Positions 1-13,651 of a stretch of 64,000 bases of DNA are shown piece by piece. The notes under the pieces are model-generated. The model saw nothing but the letters and a program-made list of their open reading frames with translations, made no database searches and was not told where the DNA came from. This DNA comes from Podarcis cretensis (lineage: Eukaryota): positions 63,550,001-63,614,000 of the forward strand of contig OX638154.1 in assembly GCA_951804945.1 (NCBI GenBank), read 5' to 3'. The stretch's first letter is position 1, and each line of letters opens with the position of its first letter. The position numbers were made by a program, and so were the translations under genes.

Positions 1-2507
1 GAAAAATACTAGAAATATATCAGAAATATAAATGGAAATGCTGAGAGGATTGGTGTAGTTTTCTCTTTTTTTGCGAAAAACAAAACACAAAAAGCAGTTT
101 AACAAATTTTTAGTATTTTAACTCCTGAAACGCATTTCCTGGCACTGGGTAATTTGCCCCAGTTCAGAAAGAGCGAGATGATTAGCAATTATAGTCTATC
201 TCTGCCTTTGTGGTTGCATATTAATGACAGTTTGACTATTGTGCTTTCTGTAAAGGAGACTAATAGCTGTGTTACAGCAACCAACTGCAGCCTCCCCTGA
301 CAAAAGGTGAAATTGGATCCCCAAACACACTGCAAATGCGAGGTAGGGTCAGTGGCAAAGGCAGTTTTAAAGCCTCCCAGATTGAAAAGGAGACGCTTCA
401 TGGAAGCAGCAGGGGTCTGTGCCCAAATGGCCCTTTATCTTCTTCAAACTGGCTCCTTTCTACTATCTTTTGAAATATTATTGTTTCGGCTCCCTCCTAG
501 GGCTCTTGGGCTTTTGTCAGAGTTTCTTTCCCCCTCGTTTATTGTAAGAAACAGCACATTAAAAATGACTATGCTTAACAAGGTAGATAGTAGTAAATTA
601 TTGATATACTGAACTATGGAGAATTTAGAAGTCACTTCCCTTCTCCCACAAGAGCCGATGGCACATTTCTCTCCCTGTGTGTAATCTGTAGACTCTGGGA
701 ATACTGTTAAAGGAAAATGCTACTATACCGTTAAAAGAGATGCTCTCATTTTACGAACTTCCCCCTTACTGGTACATACCTATGTATAATTATGTTTGTG
801 TAAAGTGGTCTTTTCTTTCTTTCTTTTTTACATCAGGGCATGTAAAAAAATGCATTTGCATGCATTATTTGTCATGTTAATTCTTTAGCTTGTTGGGCGA
901 TTAAGTATCTGTCACTAAGAATTGTGGCTTTTAAAGGTTTATTGGCTTCCAGAAGAAATGTTTGATGCCCATACTAAATATATTGTCTTACTGTTAACTG
1001 GGACGGGTGAAGCTAGATGCCATCAAGACAGTAAAGCCAGAGATTGGTAAAAAAGAGAGTGGTAAAAAAAAAAAAAGTTCGTTGTTTTTCATTTGTTTCA
1101 AGCTTGCCATGGTTTCTGCAGAGACTTTACTGCAGAAGGAAGTTAGTGTAAAAATACTTAATTCAGAAGGTGGTGATTTTGTTGACTTTTATGTATAATT
1201 TAGCTGTAGATACTGAAGCGTGTTTGTTGTCTCAAATATCTGCAGTCGTAAATCTGGTATAATACAGGAGATCTCCCTATGGTCCTGTTGACATCATCAG
1301 GTGTCCATAGTAATTGGGAATGTGTCAAAAAAGAAACTAGAGGAACAGTGAAGGACCTTTACATATCCTAATTGTTGTGAGTGGGTATCTAGCAGTGGAG
1401 ACAGCAGGAAGGAGGCCTAAAAAATCAGAGACCAACTAAAGGAGATATGGGGAATGACAAGGACAAAGCCCAGAGAAGAGAGAATAAATCAGGGCGAGAC
1501 TGCAAGTTGTGATTGTAAGGAGGTAGAATTTGATTTCAAATGCCTTAAATGATTGATCAGAAGAACTGAAGGAGAGTGAAATGTTCTCCCTGACAATTAA
1601 GTTAAGGAGAGAGAAGGGGTTGGAGAAGTTGAATAGGTGATTCTGGGCTTTGAATAGTTCACATCATTATGTTTGGAGTAACAGGACTGTATAAGGAGGT
1701 GACACCAACCAGAACAATGTGAAAATAAGAAAGCGGGTAGCCACTCCCAGGCTTGTGAAACCCAATGATGAGAGAATGGAAGGGGCTATCTGTATTTGAA
1801 AGGCAAAACAGTATTTCTGTTGCCTGTGAGTGGGGTGGCAGTGAGATGACGTATCAAAAATGTTTGTCAGAGATTGACTTGAGTATATTTGAATCTATGG
1901 GAATTAGTTAAGATTGCCCATGAAGGCTGTGTGAAGAAGCAACCAGCCTCAGTCCCTCATCGCCTACAGAAATGGTCCCCACAAAGGGAGAAGGGATGAA
2001 GGAAACCTCTAAATCTTGAAGAAGCTGCAGGAAAGGTGAGAAGGGTAACCAAGGGTTACCAATGTGACAATCGGCCTCAGAAGACCCTGTAGTGGGTGGT
2101 TGTGTGCAGTAGAGAGCATGATAAGATTCAGAACTTTTGTTAGGCGTTTCTGAATTTCCTACAGCATTCTTTTGCTCCTGTTCCTGGATTTTCGTTTACT
2201 GCTGATATGTTTCCGTCTTCTGTGTTTTATTCTTACAGTTCTAATATCCCTTAATGTGCAATGCTTGAAGTTCTTATATAAATGTAACAAATTCATCCCA
2301 AAGCATGTTTGATATGGAGACATGCACCTATGTATAGTTGTGGGGGAAAACACACATCTGTTGCGCAGTGAGTGAGGTTAGTAGCAGGAATGCATTGATC
2401 TAAACATCAGGATTGTTTTTCATTTTGTATGGCACACAGAATTACTTGTAACTGAAATGTGGATTTAGGGCTTTTAATATAGATAGATGTGTTGATTTGC
2501 ATTTAGT

Positions 2508-2542
2508 ATAACCTGAAGCGTATGTATCCCGAGGTACCACTG
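2508..2542. mobile_element. Solo right end of the CAGTGGTACCTC-TIR MITE family
   Basis: TAACCTGAAGCGTATGTATCCCGAGGTACCACTG+TA matches the right end of 14656-14881. Confidence 0.75.
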
Positions 2543-4891
2543 TACTGCTAATGGAATGGCATGGATTTCATTTTACAAAGAATGTGTTTCGTCTTTGATC
2601 AAAAAAGTTAAACAACCAACAAATGTGTGGTCTGAATTTGCATGGTTACAAATATTACACAAAATGTCTTTTTCACCATTTGGTCTTATTCTGGTACTCG
2701 CTGGAATAAATAATCTAGAATATATAGACGTTTAATCAGTAGTGTTTTTTTTTTTAGTATTTTACTGAAAGCTAGTTATACTTTCCTTAACCTAGTCTCT
2801 AAAAGTTGTGTTGTGGTTTATAAATGAGAAATGCTATGACTCAGAAAAAGGTAATACATTATACCTAGGGTCACATCCAGTGTTAGTCATACTCAGAGTA
2901 GACCTGTTGAAATTCATGAGATTTTTCAATTCATTTCAATGGGTATACTCTGAATAAAAAATATGTGTAAGGTAACATCCTAAGGCTTCAATGGTATACC
3001 TGGTATATAGAAATTTGGCCACAATTGTAAGGTATCTTAGTATCTTGCTATACTTTTTGTCAGGCTGTACTGGTAGGCTGGTTCTGAACTGTTTGCCTGT
3101 GTCTGGGAAATTGGAATAAATATGAAGTGACTAGCAATATCATTATTGGTGGATTAGTTTCCTGATAGACCCGTGAAATAACCTTACCAGAATTGGAATG
3201 AAACCTTAAGTACTTTTAGCTTGAAGTGAAACCATTGAGCTCAGTGAAACTGCCTTCTGAGTAAATACGCATAGGATAAGACTGTTAGCCATTCCTATTT
3301 GTGAATTCTTTGAAGAAGGAGAAGCTAGTTCATGCATGTGTACAGTATACGTCACTTGAACACTAAATACTTATTTTACATACAAGAGACTCGGTCAAAA
3401 AGTGTGAATTGTCATTATTATTTATTAAATTTCTATACCAAAGATCACAGGGCAGTTCACAATATAAAATGGTCTCCTCTGAATAAGAACTGTGTTTGAA
3501 TTTGGTATTGGAGGATATAAAAGTACTGTTGATGATTAATCGCTAATAGAGTAATGTGCATGTATGTGACCCTGTCGTAAGATGCAAACTAGGTGTTACA
3601 TGGGAGATGCTTTTATAAAATGAAAAGCACATTGTTATGAAATTCAGGCGTGGGAGGCTTCCAGCTTGATAGAAAACTGTGTTAGGAAGGCCTTCTCTTT
3701 ATGTTATATTAATTGTTCTGCTTAAAATCCACACACCCCCAATTGGATGGATGGGAAAGTAACTGTTTTCCTCCATTATTGAGTGGAAAAGAAACAAAGG
3801 AGACCATTCCTAAATCACAGTGGAAATCTTGGGGTTGGGGAGGGGGGAATTAGGAGACAATTACATGCATTCTCTATGCATTATCCAAGTTGTTCCTAAG
3901 ATAATTCTGTTCATTCCCCATCATGTATCCACTGTACCTTAGTATTTGGAGATATGTGTCTTTGTCCTTCAACCATAACAAGTATAAGTTACAAAATGTC
4001 AAAATATTTATCATGTTAGTGTATTATAATTAGTACTGTGCTGAAATCTGCCCTCCCAATTTTACAAAAAAAGTTTGTGAAATAGGTTTTAAAATTTTCT
4101 TATTCTTAGGACACATTATAATTTATGTAGGTTTTGAGTTTTCCTTGTTATTGGGAAGTGGCCAAAGACAGTTGTGTTTGGTTTTCCTTTCAATAAACAA
4201 ATCTGTAGGCTGCCTGCACTTCCTGATCTGAAAAAGCCCATGGGGGGAGACATCTCTGGATATCTCCCTCTGGACTTTAATTGACGTGTGGGCACCTGGG
4301 AAAGCTGCAGAGGGGAAATTCTGTATTCAGCCCACAGTGCTGTTGTACTTTGGCCACTAAACACCATATAATTAAAATAGGAAAAGTAAGTGTATCATCA
4401 TCACCCCAGCTCTTGATAGGTTTCTAGTGTGGCATACCCCTGATCTGAGAGGGGAAGGTCAAAGAGGTTTCTTGGCTCTGCATAGCACGAAACATCCTCA
4501 TGTTTTGTATTTAATGAAGCAAAAACAGGCTTAAAATATGCAGGGGTCAGTGGATCACTTCAAAATTGGGAGTGCTTAGTAATTGGATGAGGCATTGTGC
4601 TAGCTGAAGGTTTAGCATATGAAAAGCTGCTGTTTTGTCGAGTAGAAAAATTCCCAAGATTGTTTTAACACAGAACTGCTTATATAAAAGTGAATGTGTC
4701 TGACCGCAAGGAACACCACAAATTAATTGTACTTCAGGCTAAAGCAGAAGTAGCCAGTGTGCTGCCCTCCAGATGTTGCAGGAATACAACTTCCATCATA
4801 TTTGACAGTTGGCCATGCTGGCTTGGATTGAAAGGAGTTGGAGTTGAGCAGCATCTGGGAGATGATGCTACATTGGCTATCCTAGTCTAAA

Positions 4892-5045
4892 GTAGGACGA
4901 CCAGATAGAAAATATAGGATTCCTGTACGTATTAATAGTTGTGCAGAAGAGAGAATTTTAGCAGGTGTTGCTTGACCTGCAAGCAACACCTGTAGGTTTC
5001 TCCTCTTCTACAGCTACTAAAGGTGCAAAGATCCTTGCCCATCTT
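4892..5045. mobile_element. Degenerate palindromic MITE with a perfect central hairpin
   Basis: CAGGTGTTGCTTG-acctg-CAAGCAACACCTG (4962-4992) with imperfectly pairing outer arms. Confidence 0.65.
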
Positions 5046-6343
5046 TGCCTGAAGGCTTCTTCCTTTCTATTTATTGCATTATTTACACACTTGGAAAATT
5101 GTTGAAGCTAAAGGAAACATGAGAGGGAAGAAAATTCCCCTTCCTTCTGCTCTGCTTTGTGTCTTTGGCAGTGCTTTGGGCTACATTATCTATTGGCATA
5201 ACTCAGCCTACAGAGAATTAAAGCATTTGTATAAAAGTCAAATTATTCTAGTTTCACCAGACAGTCGGGCTTTGTCTGTGGCTTATGACATGATGGTGGA
5301 AAGTGATCAAATAAATGTGATTTGTTAAAACAATTGACAAAGGGATCCCAGCTCTAATTATGTAGAACAAGATTCAAAATATTAATTAGCCCTAAGTTTG
5401 ACAGAAACACGTTAATTGTTCTGTTGGTGTGTAAATGTATAATCTGGTGTCACTGGGGCACACATTGCTGTGGTCTGCTTCATAGTATATGAAGACTTAT
5501 GCTGCCAGGAGTTCAGACGACCAGAGGATTCTAATTGCAATTGTATGGAAGAGACAAACCTATAAGCAAAGATGGTTGTGTACACTTGACTATACCAGTG
5601 TATATCTAAATTTTGCAATCCAAAAAGGTGGACATGGACTACATACTCCATGCTTGTGGGTTTCATATGCAGATTGACTGAGCATCAAGAAGGGATCTGT
5701 TTATAGGCACCTGCAGATCTTGCACCACAGGCAACTTCACCTGAAACACAGTGCTCAAAGGATAAGCAAGGATCTGCAAGCTAACCAATGAGAGTGATAT
5801 CATCAATGTTTTGATGAGTCAGTGACTAGTTTAGGCTGGAACTCCTCTCTTCATAGGTGTCAACCTGTCCTTTTCAAGAACAGCAAGGGAGATGGCACTT
5901 AGCCTCCTCATACCACTGGAAAGGGCTGGAGCAGGACATTTTCACATTGGCCAGGGGTGCCAAAGTGTTGCACAGCTGTGTGTTTAGGCCGTAGGTGGCA
6001 AGAAATTCCATGCAGGAGAATGTGTTGGCTGGAGTGCTCTTTCCTTGCTCTGCATCCAGCATGGAAACCCAAGCAGCCTGGTAGAGAAAGGAGACTCCCT
6101 CCTCTGTGTCTAGCATGGAAATGTGACAGGCTGCCACCAGAGCAACATCGTTCTCCATCCTTCCTCTGCAAGGAGGCTAGAAATTTTGTTTTGGCAGAAT
6201 ATTAACTTTTGTGGGCCTGTTTACAAGGTTGGCATTTTCTTCTCAAATAGTCCAGAAGCTTCATGTCAGTCCTGATGAATTAGCAAGCAATGCAAGTGAA
6301 TTTTATTTTAAACAACATTTAACGGTTTTCTATGGGTGTAATA

Positions 6344-6704
6344 AGGGACGTGGGTGGTGCTGTGGGTAAAACCTCAGCGCCTAGGACTTGCCAATCGCAT
6401 GGTCGGCGGTTCGAATCCCCGCGGCGGGGTGCGCTCCCGTCGTTCGGTCCCAGCGCCTGCCAACCTAGCAGTTCGAAAGCACCTCCGGGTGCAAGTAGAT
6501 AAATAAGGACCGCTTACCAACGGGAAGGTAAACGGCGTTCCGTGTGCTGTGCTGGCCCGCCAGATGCAGCTTGTCATGCTGGCCACGTGACCCGGAAGTG
6601 TCTGCGGACAGCGCTGGCTCCCGGCCTATAGAGTGAGATGAGCGCACAACCCTAGAGTCTGGCAAGACTGGCCCGTACGGGCAGGGGTACCTTTACCTTT
6701 ACCT
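6344..6704 (+). mobile_element. Full-length Sauria (Squam1-type) SINE, subfamily A
   Basis: tRNA-derived head with A-box-like TGGTGCTGTGG and B box GGTTCGAATCC, plus an (ACCTTT)n tail. 13-bp TSD TATGGGTGTAATA at 6331-6343 and 6705-6717. CpG-rich. Confidence 0.93.
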
Positions 6705-9700
6705 TATGGGTGTAATATTTTAGTAATATTTTGCACTAATTTAATGGCATGCAATATTGTAATATTTTAGACTGTAGTTCTGAGAACCTTGTTGCTGTCA
6801 GCTGCCTTTGGCATCCCTATGGTGAGGAAGAAAAGAGGAGCTCGATAACCACTGCTGTATTTTGAGGTGTATCTTTGACTTTCCAACCACGTACAACTTC
6901 AGTAATGAAAACCTCCTTTTAAGATAGGGGCATTCAGCTGCTTTTGTGCAAACTGTTGCTGCTACTTATCATCCCAAAGAACTCCCATATTTCATGCAGT
7001 AAACAGGCTCTGAAAATCAGAGGCCACAGACCGTGATAAAAAAAATCCGCTTTTTCAAATTGTACATATCAGTTTGATTTGGTTTCAGTTGTATGTAAAT
7101 CTTATTATATCATATATATATGTGTGAGTATCAAGGTGTTTCTGTGGTTTTTGAGCTGAATATTAACATGTTGTTGTGTAGTGTCTTCCTCATCAGGTGT
7201 GCTAGTTGATGTCATACCTACACAAATTGAAGAAAATAACAATAGTGCACAAATCATCATCATCATGGTTTATTTGTATGCTGCCTCTCTATAAGCTAAA
7301 CCATGTGCTAGGCAGCTTACAACATAAAAAGATTTACATCATTACAAAATGATAACAAAAATAATCATAACCAATAAATTAAAATCTCAATGCAATTAAG
7401 CAATTCCCACATAAGACATAATAAGATCTTACAATAAAGATTTAAAAAAAATCATACAAATAACAGCAAAAAGTAAGCATTTTCAGAATTAAACATTGAC
7501 CCCAACAAAACTCCTAAACAGTACCCCTATGCCAATCCCAAGAGTCTCTAGGCATGCTGAGCAGCAGGTCCTGCAGGAATCATATTAAATATAGTCTCTC
7601 TGGCCTCTATAGCAGCCTCAGTCAGTGCCCCACCCACCCAGGCCACATGAAAAGAGCATGTAAAGCAGGACTTGCAGCAAACACATGCCCTATCATGGTC
7701 AAGGAATCCACCTTAGGATAAAATAGTGAGATGCAACCTATACCTGTACAGTGGTCCTTGCTCATCTCCTGTAAAGATCTGTGTAGAACAGCACTCAGGT
7801 TCTAGTAATTTTCCTGTTAGCTAGGCAAACTAAACTGAGTTGATCTGACTTACATGGGAAAAGTAGATTTCTCATTGTTTGGTGCTATTCCTGTGAAGCA
7901 AGATGTCCTCTGATTTGTTGGTCAGTGAACGAAAGGAAGTGGTTTTAAAGATGTGACTTTTGAGTGTTGGAATTTGGTAGTTCCAAATGTAATGCAGGCT
8001 ACCAAAGGAAGTTGCCAGCTAACTGCTGTAGCGCATCACTTGCTTTTGAATGAACTGAGACACAGTGAGAATGGAGTTTGGGCTGTTACATTCCACATGA
8101 GCCAAGGGGCCTCCTATCCTCATGCCCTGGAAGAGATGTCTGAAGCTGATTTTCATCTGTTTGCTTTAGAGAGAGGGTTGTTACTTTCCATGTTGTGACC
8201 ATCAGAAAAGAAAGATGACCTTATGCGTTTTGTCTCTTTGAGAATTATTGCTGTGCACACCGGTTATCGGTTCATCTGAAGGAACGACAGGAAGCAGCTA
8301 TTAAATTGCTAGATATTCCTGATGCATTCATATCACTTTGTTTATAAAACAAATTGCCTCTTCTCAGCAATTGCCAGGTACATGAACAAAATAATGACAT
8401 TGTCAAAGGTGATGGTAGAATAGTGGACTGACAGAGGATTCTTCAATACTGAGACTGTAGGAGAGTTATAGTTAAGGTCATATGCAAAGTGCATTGAAGG
8501 ACCACTTCAGGGAGTTGTGGAATCCATTCATGGAAACTGTTTATGTGCAGAGAATGCGCAAAAATGTTGCAACTCTTTTTGAGGAGCAGCTCTTTAACAA
8601 AAGTGGCACCTTATTTGCATGGCACTGAAGAACAATTTGCATCTGTTTGGTATGCCTTCCAAGTTGAATATCAATAAAAAATACTACCCTGAAGACAGAT
8701 GTTACGGACTAAATGGTGATTTTAAATCATAATGTTGATATTGGAACAGTTTCCCAGATGTGAGAATCAGAGCTTTTCTCCAATGCTGTCAAGTGTATAT
8801 CTATTGGCATCAAGTAACATTTCTTACCACTTCTAGAGGAGAATCGGCACAACTCTGGTGCCATAATATGTGGTTGATAGTTTGAGATGAGGCTATGCAT
8901 GCTGAAGACATTCCAGGAATATCTTTAGATATTATCAGTCTTTTACCTGCAGAGAAATGGAAAATATCTTGGTCTGGGATAGAGGCAACCTCTCCAGTTA
9001 TTAAGAGTTCAAAGGAAGAACCAGGAAGTAGATACTTCCCAGCTGTTAATACAAAGAACTAACAGAATATATATGAGAACTTTATATGAGAAACAGATAG
9101 TTCAGCTGATTAGGACCTTTGCAGATTTTGTTACATAACTACTATGGTTACATAACTACTATGGTGTACATCATGTCCTTACAGCCAGTCTTATACCATA
9201 CAGAGTGCTGACAGTGCCAACAAGACAACCCATCAAAATAAGACTGCAGTTCTATGCACAACTTACCTGGGGGTCCATCTTATTGAACTCAGTGGGGCAT
9301 ATATCTGAAGGGATTGTGTTGTAAAACTTTTATTTCAACAATAGAGCAAATTAACTCTTTTACCAACTGAATTAAGCTTTGTGTTATAACAATTTGGTGT
9401 ATACTCGGTTTACATTAATTCTAAGCATCTTGCTAGAATTAAGTTGACCAGATTAACAGCTCAAATGTATTTCTTCTTTTTAAGCTTCTGGTTGATGTAG
9501 ATTATTTAAATATCTGACAAACTTTTTTTTTTAATGTTGAAGCTGATGAATGCTTTATGGGGCCATTTCCCCTTCAAAAATGGTGTATACTACTGTAATT
9601 GGAGTGGAAGTCAGTGAAGTAAAATATCATCTGTTTTACATGATTGTGTGTTGGTTTGGTTCCAATCATAACAGTGTTTTAAGAGACTCTCTGAATGCTC

Positions 9701-11435
9701 AGGACTACAGCATTTTTCATCATGTTCCTCTTCGACTTGCTTTTTTTATGAAACATTTTGGAAAGATATTACAAGGCCCTAGTGGAAAGGCAGTTAATGT
9801 TGTCATGCTTAGGAGGAGGAAAAAATCTGAATTTTTAATTAGGCTTTAGTTGTTTCTTCAAAGCGTCAAGGCATCATTAGTGATGTAAGTCTTGTTGCAT
9901 TAGCGGAGACTGACATTTCACTTCAAACACAGAGAATGCAGCTGTCCTGTGCAGATAAAAGTTGCCAAATGTGGTGCAGCAAGGTGGATTTGTAGATAAT
10001 TAGCTGTCCCATTTTTACTGCTGTGCTGAAGAACCCTGCCAGTCATGTCGGGGAAAAGAGAAAGCTGGAATTATTAACTGGGAGAAAATCCAAATATGCC
10101 ATAAAACACTTCTGGAATCACTTCAGCTGTGGCAGGGCTGATAAGATGTATGTTAAGGGAGCACACAAAATGAGTACAGTATATGATATCGCAAGCTGCC
10201 GCCGCCACTTTTTTAATTAAAAAACCCTCAAAACTTTAATTTAGTCAACTGGAAATAGCATGGGCTATAATGAATCCTTTACTGTGTAGTAAAATAATTG
10301 CTTTGGATCCATTAGTCTCAACAAGACTTTGTAGCAAATAATGTAGTATGGCATAGTTTTGAATGAACCCTTCTGGATCAAGATATCCCAAAGTAATCCA
10401 GCATTACTGGATCAGTCCAGTATCCTGCTTTACCACAGCAACTGGTATTCAGTGATAGACGGTCTCTTGAATGTGGAGGTTACCGTATGTAGAGTTCTCA
10501 TGACTAACAGCCATTGCCAGTCCTGTCCTTCATGAATTTGTATGTCTAACCGATAGTGGCTGTTGTGCTGTGGCAACGAATGCCATAAATTTATCACTCC
10601 TTTTTATTGAAACATTTTGAAAGAAAGTGGGGGTAGTAATTCGCTGGTTTCTTAGCTTTAGTTGCTCCTGCTCAGTGTGTGAAGATCCGTGGTGGACCAT
10701 ACGAGTACAGAGATGAACCTGCAGCAGAGGTCTCCTACAAGCTTTATACGCTTCCATGTTCTTTGAAAGCCTGATCAAAACTTGGTTTAAGAGCTTAACT
10801 GACTTCACTAGGTGGTTAATGCCCACACTCCTATGGTTCACCATTAACTAGATTTGAAACTATGGTCTGAAGCTAATTGCAAGTTTCAGGTCAATAGCAA
10901 AGCTTAGTTTAGCATTCAGCATCCCATCCATATGTTAGTGCTGATAAAAGTTTCATCTGTGGCAAGGCTGGTTGGAAGAGGGGAGGGAGGATTTGTGCCA
11001 TATGTAGGTGACACCACATTTGGTGACTGTTTTCTCTTGTTATTGTAATGTAACAGTTGTTTGGATTTAGCACCCAGAAAATTAAGTGGAGATGGGTGTA
11101 TAAATAATTTGTAATGTGTATATGGAGCGACTTTCACCTTAAATAGCACCATGCCTTTAGATAGCAATCACCAATAATCAAAGAAGTTGCATTCTAGTTT
11201 CAGGGAGATAAGTGTTTTTTGAAAGGAGCAAGAGGCCCCATTAGTGAAAGCATGCCTCTAGTTAAGAACAGTTTCAGGTTAAGAAGGGACCTCCGGAATG
11301 AATTAAGTTCATAACTAGAGGTACCATTGTATAATATAGCTTCCTCATTGATTTTTTCTTGGACTTCCCCCCCTCTATAGCAATATACATGGATCCCCCT
11401 CTGTCTCTCTGTTTTGCCCTCACAGTAAATTTGAG

Positions 11436-11496
11436 GCAATCCCAGAGTCATTGGCGACTGGACCTAATGGTCAGGGGTCCCTTTACCTTTACCTTT
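11436..11496 (+). mobile_element. Heavily 5'-truncated Sauria SINE 3' end, subfamily B
   Basis: CCCAGAGTC...GACTGGACCTAATGGTCAGGGGTCCCTTTACCTTTACCTTT matches the tail of the 13291 copy. Confidence 0.88.
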
Positions 11497-12501
11497 AAGC
11501 TCATTCCTATTTTCCTTTCTCTTCAGTGAAATCAGTGACTAGATGGCCTCTTCAACCTACAGAGCAGATGGTCTGTGCATGTGGGTGCGTGCATGTGTGT
11601 ACAAGACCAGCACAGGCATATTCTACAAATTCTCTACATGATATAAATCAGTATTGATTCTGATACAATTTTAGGCAATTTCTGTTGTTGCATACAGTCA
11701 AGGCACTGCTAAAACACTCTGAAATAAGAAAATATCTGAATCATATATTATTGTTACTAAAAAACAAGACTATTGTTGCTAAAGAAGACTATTGAAGAAA
11801 GGTTTTTGTGTGTGCATATACCACAGTGTGTGTATTCAACAATAGCTATTGATGGTTTATACAACTTTTCTGTCAGCAAATACCAAAAGTTGAATACAAA
11901 GGGAAAATCAAAATGTCACATAAAACCACTTTAGTAACAAACAGAAACAAATAAGAGTAGCAAAAGATCAAGCCACAATCCCCATAAACCAATTTTTAAA
12001 AACTACTAGCCCTTTTTTATAAAGGTTGGTGGAACAGGAGAGTCTTTACTAATTTTCTCAAACCGATAAGTATTGTAAGTAGGTCAGCCTATAGGCAGTT
12101 TTTTCTGTAAGTCAGACATTCATTTGACCTAATGCAAATGTGGATTCCTGCAAATTAATGATAGGGGAGATTCATATGTGTGTAGGCGTTATACTGGACA
12201 AGTTAGAGCAGAGTGGCTCTCCAGATGTTGTTCCAGCTAAAACTTCCATTGTCCTGGCCGAGGTTAAGGGATAGAGTCCAGCTGCCACTGGACAGCCACC
12301 TGTTCCCCATTCTTGACTGAGAGCTTTAAGTGTTCTATAAGCAGCACCTTAAAATGATATTGGAAACAGACAGAAGTACTTAAGGCCTCCTTCAGACCTC
12401 CAGGTGTATTCTGAAACATTTCATTGATACAATAATAATGCTTTGGTGGTGGATTTATACTCTGCTATCCACACATTTATGCTGCACTCTTACACTATAA
12501 C

Positions 12502-12740
12502 TCCTGCCAACCTAGCAGTTCGAAAGCACATCAAAGTGCAAGTAGATAAATAGGTATCGCTCTGGCGGGAATGTAAACGGCGTTTCCGTGCGCCGCTCTG
12601 GTTCACCAGAAGCGGCTTAGTCATGTTGGCCACATGACTGCTGTACCTGCTCCCTCGGCCAGTAAAGCGAGATGAGCACCGCAACCCCAGAGTCAGCCAC
12701 AACTGGACCTAATGGTTAGGGGTACCTTTACCTTTACCTT
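12502..12740 (+). mobile_element. 5'-truncated Sauria SINE, subfamily B
   Basis: Homologous to 13291-13651, with an (ACCTTT)n tail. TSD CACTATAAC at 12493-12501 and 12742-12750. Confidence 0.9.
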
Positions 12741-13290
12741 GCACTATAACACAGCAAAAGTAGGAGTATAAAAACCCAACAATAACATTTGTGGTATGAA
12801 AAGTCATAGGAGTTCATCAAGACATTACAGGATGTGCACTGTTTGAAAACAAAGTATTATATATGTACTAAAACCTTTGCAGGCACATGCAGTCTTGAAA
12901 GTGGGATTGTATATAATGCCATCATCAAGAATGCACAATAAAAAGGGTGTCTGAAGCGGCTCTGGAATGGACTCTGTGACTTGCATTTTACAAGACAGCA
13001 CATGATATAGCACACTTTTAATTATTTCTTCACCAAGAATGTTTTCGATGTTTTGCGAAAATTGCTAAATTCACCGAAGGATGTGCAGTGCCTTCTCAGA
13101 AACAAACCTCCCTTTAGTTCTGTGGGACTTACTCTCAGGTAGGTGTGTGTAGGATTGCAGTCTTAAGTGAGAGGCTGCTTAAAAATGACACACCGAATAG
13201 TGAGGTTCTAATAAACCTCACGCGTGGGAATTGGGCAAGTGGGATTTGAATGTGTTTGTAATACATTTGGAACCAACTATGTGATGTAAG

Positions 13291-13651
13291 GCAAGGGACA
13301 TGGGTGGTGCTGTGGGTTAAACCACAGAGCCTAGGACTTGCCAATTAGAAGGTTGGCGGTTCGAATCCCCGCAATGGGGTGAGCTCCCGTTGCTCAGTTC
13401 CTGCTCCTGCCAACGTAGCAGTTCGAAAGCATGTCAAAGTGCAAGTAGATAAATAGGTACCGCTCCGGCGGGAAGGTAAAACGGCGTTTCTGTGCGCTGC
13501 TCTGGTTCGTCAGAAGTGGCTTAGTCATGCTGGCCACATGACCCGGAAGCTGTACACTGGCTCCCTCGGCCAATAAAGCAAGATGAGCTCCGCAACCCCA
13601 GAGTCGGCCACAACTGGACCTAATGGTCAGGGGTCCCTTTACCTTTACCTT
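13291..13651 (+). mobile_element. Full-length Sauria SINE, subfamily B
   Basis: A/B boxes (GGTTCGAATCC) and an (ACCTTT)n tail. 13-bp TSD TATGTGATGTAAG at 13278-13290 and 13652-13664. Confidence 0.93.

Noticed and set aside
6344-6425. tRNA gene (A and B boxes), also at 13291 and 48695
   Set aside because: These are tRNA-derived SINE heads with SINE bodies, tails and TSDs, and no full cloverleaf.
8340-8960. Possible ancient LINE relic (also ~5400-5760)
   Set aside because: Similarity is too faint to support a call without a database search.
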